From positions 167,028,001 to 167,092,000 of the forward strand of contig OX597817.1 of the NCBI GenBank assembly GCA_951406725.2: a stretch of DNA of 64,000 nucleotides, in the 5' to 3' direction. Numbering within the stretch: the first letter of the stretch is position 1; the number at the start of each line of letters is the position of its first letter. The stretch comes from Octopus vulgaris. Taxonomy: Eukaryota. Below, in pieces: positions 54,678 through 64,000 of the stretch. The translations under genes were made by a program, and so were the position numbers. The notes beneath the pieces were generated by a model that saw only the letters and a program-made list of their open reading frames with translations, did no database searches and had not been told where the DNA came from.

Positions 54678-54781
54678 TAACGACACGTGTTTCGTGGCTA
54701 TATTTAAGAAATTATTATAGTAAAAAAATTAACAGTAGTAGTAAAATCACTTCGATATAAACACACCCACTCATCAGGTTA
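54678..54781 (-). ncRNA. Type I hammerhead ribozyme, canonical core
   Basis: TAAC-CTGATGA-GTGG...CCAC-GAAAC-ACGT-GT-C-GTTA. Helix I TAAC/GTTA, G10.1-C11.1 pair, palindromic helix III ACACGTGT, GUC triplet. Confidence 0.82.
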
Positions 54782-54837
54782 AAAATAAACTACAATAATA
54801 AAATAATTAATTAATAAATATACGTAAATAATCTTTT

Positions 54838-54887
<50 letters not shown>

Positions 54888-55011
54888 ATATTAAATATAC
54901 ATTAAGTGAAAACTAAATACAATACTTTAAATTTAATTAATATACACAATGCTAGTGTATAATTTAAGTATTGTGTTTAGTTTTCACTTAATGTATATTT
55001 AGTATCTTATA

Positions 55012-55066
<55 letters not shown>

Positions 55067-55079
55067 TAGCAGAAAGACC

Positions 55080-55474
55080 ATGTATCCCTGCCCCGTAAAA
55101 TTCTGTTGACTGTTCTTTGAGCCCCTTCTTCACTACAATTTTCATTTTCTCGTCACTGGAATAATTTAGCGCCTTAAGACTATCATCTCTTCGGCCCCGT
55201 GAAAGAGAGTTTGAGAGGCAAAAATTATCCCAGTGACGAAGAAGTGAAAACTGTAGCGAAGTGGCTCAAAGAACAATCAACAGAATTTTATGGGGCAGGG
55301 ATACATGCTCTCATTCGAAGGTGGAACATTGCTATTGAGAGAAAAAGTGGCTATGTTGAGAAGTAGAGATGAGAACTAGAGCTAGAAGACTAGCGTCATT
55401 TTGATGTATGATACATGTTCCTGTGTTGGTAATTATACCTGTCCTAAACAAAACGGCTTAACTTTATGACTCAT

Positions 55475-55480
<6 letters not shown>
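55080..55480 (+). mobile_element. Mariner 3' fragment with an inverted duplication (55080-55168 / 55222-55306)
   Basis: LAP*DYHLFGPVKESLRGKNY...FYGAGIHALIRRW...GYVEK*; TIR-like end AACTTTATGACTCATCCTCG. Confidence 0.8.
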
Positions 55481-55552
<72 letters not shown>

Positions 55553-55556
55553 GTAT

Positions 55557-55860
55557 GAGGCGCAATGGCCAAGTGGTTAGGGCAGCGGACTCGAAATCAC
55601 GTGATAAGGATCGCGGTTTCGATTCCCAGACCGAGCGTTGTGAGTGTTTATTGAGCGAAAACTCCTAAAGCTGCACGAGGTTCCTGCAGGGGATGGTGGC
55701 GATCCCTCCTGTACTCTTTCGCCACAACTTTCTCTCACTCTTTCTTCTGTTCGCCTGCTCGCTTAGCCAGTGGGGTGGCGTCATTTGAAGGTTAAAGAAT
55801 GCGAAGCGCATTGTGACCAACGATGTTTAGCAACATCTGATAGCGCGGTCGGTCACGGTG
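55557..55860 (+). mobile_element. SINE family C head with tail type 3
   Basis: Family C head followed by an unrelated 3' segment, GCCTGCTCGCTTAGCCAG...GGTCGGTCACGGTG. Confidence 0.8.
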
Positions 55861-55869
55861 GTCTCGGTG

Positions 55870-56290
55870 ATGTATAAATATATATATATGCATGCATACA
55901 TATATACATACATGCATACATGTATGTATATATGTATGTATGTATGTATGTGCGTATGTATGTATGTATGTATGTATGTATGTATGTATGTATGTATGTA
56001 TGTATGTATGTATGTATATATGTGTGTATGTATGTGTGTATGTATGTGTGTATGTATGTATGTATTTATGTATGTATGTAAGTATGTATGTAATGTATGT
56101 ATGTATGTATGTGTGTGTGTATGTATGTATGTATGTATGTATGTATGTATGTATGTATGTGTATGTATGTATGTATGTATGTGTGTGTGTATTTATTTAT
56201 TTATGCATGTATGTATGTATGTATGTATGTATGTATGTATGTATGTATGTATGTATGCATGCATGCATGCATGTATGTATGTATGTATGA
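55870..56290 (+). repeat. Degenerate (TATG)n microsatellite
   Basis: Low-complexity run. Confidence 0.9.
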
Positions 56291-56539
56291 TGAGAAGCTG
56301 TGTTGGGATCTCAACACCGTCTCAAAATTTTTGTAAAATTACCTGAAGTGAACTTACTTGAAACGGTATTTAAAAATGTGACAGCAACTCGAAAACACTG
56401 GAATTTATAAATTCGTGGTGTAATAATGTATGTGTGATAAGAAATCAAGCACTTCGAGTTGAAAATAAGCCACGAATGGTACTGTTAGTTACCTAACTGC
56501 ATCCCTGGAGATACATTTATAAATAACTCTAAAATTATA

Positions 56540-57110
56540 CCTATTTCTTTATTACCCACAAGGGGCTAAACACAGAGGGGACAAACAAGGACAGACATAG
56601 GTATTAAGTCGATTACATCGGCCCCAGTGTGTAACTGGTACTATATTTATCGACCCCGAAAGGATGAAAGGCAAAGTCGACCTCGGCGGAATTTGAACTC
56701 ACAACGTAACGCAGACGGAATACCGCTAAGCATTTCGCCCGGCGTGCTAACGTTTCTGCCAGCTACCACATTTCATATATTGATGCGCATGGCTCAGTGG
56801 TTAGAGCGTCGAGCTTACGATCGTGAGGTTGTGAGCTCGAATCCCGGACCGGGCTGCGTGTTGTGTTCTTGAGCAAGGCACTTTCTTTCACGTTGCTCCA
56901 GTTCACTCAGCTGTAGAAATGAGTTGCGACGTCACTGGTGCCAAGCTGTATCGGCCCCTTTGCCTTTCCCTTTAATAACACTGGTGGCGTGGAGAGGGGA
57001 GGCCGGTATGCATGGGCGACTGCTGGTCTTCCATAAACAACCTCGCCCGGACTTGTGTCTAGGAGGGTAACTTTCTAGGTGCAATCCCATGGTCTGTGTC
57101 GTGACCGAAG
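56540..57110. mobile_element. SINE B (56540-56764, minus) and SINE D (56785-57110, plus), head to head
   Basis: Consensus matches. Confidence 0.88.
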
Positions 57111-58332
57111 GGCGTCTCCGATGCGCTTTAAAAATATGTAATATATTATAAATAGATATGACGACTCAAATTTAGGGCTGTTGAAAAGGCAGATAATGAC
57201 AATTAAAGCATTCGGTGACACAGTTTTTATGATTGTCAAAATAGATTCATTGACTACAGCGTCAAATAACCTTGACCGTCGAGAGATTTTATCGGTAGCT
57301 TAGCGTCGATATTGTTTTCAACACAAGTAATTTACATTGGAGAGAATGGGATAGTTTAGACTTAATCTTTTACATCTAAATCGTATCACATCAGATGAGT
57401 AATCAAATTATCTGTATGGGATACTACCTTTCTCAGCAAATTGCAAATGGCCCGGTGCTTCACTGACATATGACCCTTAAGTGTCAATTTCTCTGACAAC
57501 TTCATGAAACAGAAGTTTTTGCCTAACTCCATAAAAATGCAGTTTATATCTCTGTTATATAACTCATTGTATGTAAGCATATGGATATGAAAGTAAAGAG
57601 ATCGACATACAGACGGATAGGTACATAGGTTATATGAACAGACAAGCACACATACGCAAATGGAGACTGGCACACATGACCATATGTACACACACACTTT
57701 ACTCCACACAAGGACACATATGGAGACACGGATCCACACATACAGAGATGCACATCCATACATACAAACATGGTACATAGTTGCAAAACACACACGCAGA
57801 CATACACACACAAGGAGACAGAGGTACATACATATACAAACACACACTTACACACACACATACAGAGAAAATACACAAACACGGATATGCAAGCACATGA
57901 ATATGCAGAATACATACAGATGCACACACATACATACATATATATAAATGCATACACACACATATGTATATATATATACATACACATGTATACATACATA
58001 CATACATACATACACACATACATACGTACATGCATGCATGCATAGGAACGCACACACACACTGACCCACACACATGCGCACAAACAAACAAAAAGGAACG
58101 CAGTGTAAACAACGGACAGAGTCAAGACTATTGAAAAGGTTGCAAGACGCAACGAAAATTTTAGGAAAATAAAAATAGGAAATAAGTGGAAATTTTACCG
58201 GTGAGTGTCTTACATTGTAAGGCACAAAACGAAAATGACTCACTCATTGGATACCATTAAAAAAGCTTCATCGAGTTTGGACTTTTAAATTCATTTCTTT
58301 ATATCTATATGGATAATAAGAAAAGAAACTGG

Positions 58333-58762
58333 AACTCTTTACTCTTACTCTTTTACTCTTTTACTTGTTTCAGTCATTTGACTGCGGCCATGCTGGAGCA
58401 CCGCCTTTAGTCGAGCAACTCGACCCCGGGACTTATTCTTTTTTTGTAAGCCCAGTACTTATTCTATCGGTCTCTTTTTGCCGAACCGCTAAGTGACGGG
58501 GACGTAAACACACCAGCATCGGTTGTCAAGCAATGCTAGGGGGACAAACACAGACACACAAACAAACACACATACATATATATATATATACATATATATG
58601 ACAAGCTTCTTTCAGTTTCCGTCTACCAAATCCACTCACAAGGCTTTGGTCGGCCCGAGGCTATAGCAGAAGACACTTGCCCAAGACGCCACGCAGTGGG
58701 ACTGAACCCGGAACCATGTGGTTGGTTAGCAAGCTACTTACCACACAGCCACTCCTGCGCCT
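58333..58762 (-). mobile_element. SINE family A, full length
   Basis: Consensus match. Confidence 0.92.
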
Positions 58763-59148
58763 ACGTAGAATCGATTAGTTAGTGAACAATCAAAGCGTCT
58801 AAACTAAATATAAAGCCCGCTATCTTTGGGTGTGGTGATGTGTGAACTGGTGATGAGAGTGTTGTAATTATAATCCTTGGATCTTGGTTTTGATTGACAA
58901 TGCAAAACCTTTCATGTCATGCTACCCCAGTTTTCTCAGTTGTAAACGACTTCTAGCGATAACTAAAGAATCAACCCTGCGACGGACTGGCGTCGGGGTG
59001 TATGGAACTTTGTTATCTCAGCCAATAGTATGCCAGGAAAACTGGGTTAAGCTCCTATCGCATTAGTCCTAAGTTTCATGGCCAGACCCGAATCTAAGTC
59101 TAAACCAATCTGGGTTTGCAACTTAATACATTACAAGTATTAAGTTGC

Positions 59149-59527
59149 AGGCGCAATGGCCCAGTGGTTAGGGCAGCGGACTCGCGGTCGTAGGATCGCG
59201 GTTTCGATTCCCAGACCGGGCGTTGTGAGTGTTTATTGAGCGAAAACACCTAAAGCTCCACAAGGCTCCGGCAGGGATGGTGGTGATCCCTGCTGTACTC
59301 TTTCACCACAACTTTCTCTCACTCTTACTTCCTCTTTCTGTTGTACCTGTATTTCAAAGGGCCGGCCTTGTCACTCTCTGTGTCACGCTGAATATCCCCG
59401 AGAACTACGTTAAGGGTGCACGTGTCTGTGGAATGCTCAGCCACCTACACGTTAATTTCACGAGCAGGCTGTTCCGTTGATCGGATCAACCGGAACCCTC
59501 GTCGTCGTAACCGACGGAGTGCTTCCA
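59149..59527 (+). mobile_element. SINE family C (tail type 1)
   Basis: Consensus match; ACATTACAAGT direct repeat on both sides. Confidence 0.92.
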
Positions 59528-59775
59528 CATTACAAGTCAAATACGGTTTAGGTAGTTCATGTGCCCCAGAACAAAGTAGATAAATGGAATAAAACTTAAA
59601 GGCATCGTAGTTATATTTAAAGCATATATCTAATGTAAGATGCATTGGTTATACCGTGAGACTCATGTGTTTTTGTCGAATTAAATGAGCTTCTGAAAAC
59701 TTCACTATTGCATGTATTAGTCGATGAGAAAACAACCGTTGGATTTTTTGTCAGTAAAATTTAGCTACAAACATC

Positions 59776-59813
<38 letters not shown>

Positions 59814-60019
59814 CCTTCTTTCTGTGTTTTTTTTTTCTCTCCTTCTTTCTGTGTTTTTTTTCTCTCTGTGTATCTGTGTAGGCTCGAAACGTTAAAGACT
59901 TGTTTTATTTATATTTCCTGAGCGCCATACTAATACAATTGTTCGTTTGTTTTCCACCTGCCTTCGTCTTTTGTCTATTTTCATAAAGCTTCCCGTTATA
60001 TATATATATATATATATGT

Positions 60020-61308
60020 TGTTACGGAACGGACGGAATCGCCCGCCGTCGTCGCTCGTCCCGAACGGCTCACACAAGTTCCGCCACGGAACCCAAAGAG
60101 GCGGAGAGAGGAGATACGGATACTGCCACAACCTCAACAGCACAGAGATACAGAGGCACAACCCGAGATACAACCCAAAGAGACAAGGCAACAACTGGCA
60201 ACACTGGCTTATATTCAAACAACAGTTTATACGACAATTACAATTGCTACACATCAAATACATTTAAGGCAGACATTTAAAGGAAGACATGCACGTGACT
60301 ACTCAATACATAATACAACAGATCAAAGCATAATACAACAGCAATTCATGTAACAATATATCAGTCCGGAGACGCAACAAGTCATATACAGTATTTCAAA
60401 GGTACACGTCCGAAGACACAGTTCTCTAAAGTCTCTTTTTCTAAACATCACAATCAACAAGTCCTTTACTCTTCTTCTTCACAATGTCCTTTATCGACCA
60501 CATCGACAAGTCCTTCTTTTCTTTCTCTTTCTTTTCTTTTACAGTCTCTTTACCTCGTGACACATATCAATGCACAAACACATACCTTAATTCCTAACTG
60601 AATCGCCAGTGTCCCATTCTGCACTCATCTCTTAATACTGCTAAATCCTCTGAATACTCTGCTAATTCCCCTCTGTGCATATTCCAATCGCTTGCTCCTA
60701 GGCCTCCTCGCATCCCAGCTCGCTCCCAGGAATTCCAACGCTTGCTCCTTAAATCCAAGGTTCCATCCACTCGCTCTGACCTCCAGAGTCCGTCTGTCTT
60801 CTTCGAGGACCGGCCAGCGACCGCAAGATCCGTCTGTGTTCTTCGACGACCGCTCAACGACTGCCCAGACCTCACTTCGTCTCTGTCCTTCTTCCACTCC
60901 CCTCATCTCCCTCTGTCTATATCGCTCTTACCCTTTCTAACTGCCCTGGTCCTTATACCCTATCTATATCGCCTGCTGTCTCTTAGCCTTTCTATTTGCT
61001 ATCTGATTCCTTACTCTATCTATATCGCCTGCTGTCTCTTAGCCTCTCCATCCGTCCCTTTTCTCTTACTGTCAATACCCTCTCCATCTGTTCTTAGATT
61101 CCCTTAATCTGTCTTCCTCTTTCACTTCTTCAAGGGGTGCTCAGAATGACCTCCAATCGATCGCACAAGGTCAGAAAGGTCTCATTAATCTCCCACTAGA
61201 CAAAGGACCTGTCACTTTTCACCAGACATACTGGAACCATTATTCCTATGTGGGTCACCAGAAACACTACACTAATTAAACCCGAAATGCACTTAGCCAA
61301 CCGTAACA
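60020..61308. mobile_element. Probable solo LTR (~1.29 kb)
   Basis: Termini TGTTACGG...CCGTAACA (8-bp inverted, TG...CA), flanks ATGT/ATAT, higher GC than the surroundings, no coding domain, short internal tandem duplications. Confidence 0.7.
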
Positions 61309-61735
61309 ATATATATATATATTTCGGACCAGCGCCACGATAACACCGCTTTCTTCGTCTGCCGTAAGGCATTATTTTTCAAATACGCCAGCTGAGTTCA
61401 ATTCGTCTAAGTCGAAAGACGCCTGTTGTTATCTCCTGTTATTATTATGGTTTTTTGTATTTATATTCGTATTATGTTTTGTTTTTTGTATCTATATTCG
61501 TGTAACATCGTCCGTTTTTCTGTCCTTGTTTTGTGTTCATTCGATCCTTTTTCCAAGAAATCTAATGCTCGTAGCTTAGTTTTTCCTTGGGGCTGGCCAG
61601 ATCGGAGCAATCTCAACATTAATCAGCCGAAATTGCGAGGATGATCCAGTTCTTGACTGAAGATTAGAAGCTTCGAATAACCCGCCCGTGTTTTTTGCAT
61701 CGTCTATTTGAATATTTTGGGTTCTTGTCCCATTT

Positions 61736-61776
<41 letters not shown>

Positions 61777-61848
61777 ATAAAATGGTAAGACAACAAAGGA
61801 AAGAAAGAGACCTCGATATTATGTAAATAGAGGAATTTATCTGTAAAT

Positions 61849-62175
<327 letters not shown>

Positions 62176-62204
62176 TGACTGACTGACTGACTGACTGACT
62201 GACT

Positions 62205-62263
<59 letters not shown>

Positions 62264-62303
62264 TGACTGATAGATAGATAAATAGATAGATAGATAGACA
62301 GAC

Positions 62304-62381
<78 letters not shown>

Positions 62382-62406
62382 GTAGACAGATAGATAGACA
62401 GATAGA

Positions 62407-63618
<1,212 letters not shown>

Positions 63619-63708
63619 GCTAAATACGATTTACCAGAAAGCAAAACTATAAATGACACAAAATTAGACTCTAACCAAATTGCAGACAGTTGTCTGTATT
63701 AATTATAT

Positions 63709-64000
63709 AAGGCGGCGAGCTGGCAGAACCACTAGCATGCCGGGCGAAATGCTTAGAGGTATTTCGTTTGCCTTTCATCCTTTCGGGGTCGATTAAATAA
63801 GTACCAGTTACGCACTGGGGTCCATATAATCGACTTAATCCGCTTGTCTGTCCTTGTTTGTCCCCTCTGTGTGTAGCCCCTTGTGGCGAGTAAAGAAATA
63901 GGTATTTCATCTGTCTTTACGTTCTGAGTTCAAATTCCGCCGCGGTCTACTTTGCCTTTCATCCTTTTAGGTGTCGATAAATTAAGTACCAGTTGCGTAC
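63709..64000 (+). mobile_element. SINE family B multimer, cut by the window end
   Basis: Head AAGGCGGCGAGCTGGCAG and two partial units. Confidence 0.88.

Noticed and set aside
56785-56855. tRNA genes
   Set aside because: The tRNA-like A/B boxes are SINE heads that continue into SINE bodies in multiple copies.

Overview
AT-rich, microsatellite-saturated animal DNA whose tRNA-derived SINE repertoire looks like octopus (coleoid cephalopod; inference). The only host gene I can support is the 5' part of an SLCO/OATP organic-anion transporter on the minus strand. It has five coding exons between 16893 and 5281 with GT-AG sites and consistent phases; the 3' exons probably lie left of the window. 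The rest is repeat: four SINE families (some in tandem arrays), a young 5'-truncated CR1-type LINE inside a composite minisatellite, Tc1/mariner and Chapaev-like DNA-transposon relics, MITEs, a probable solo LTR, an R4-like fragment and several Penelope-like element (PLE) GIY-YIG remnants. The main signal missed by the ORF track is at least eight type I hammerhead ribozyme motifs with (near-)palindromic helix III. They sit in short modules that are often (TA)n-flanked and often fold back into long inverted repeats. One Naiad-type PLE remnant has an in-frame TGA at a conserved Cys position, a possible selenocysteine relic. All calls were made by eye, with no searches or folding runs.
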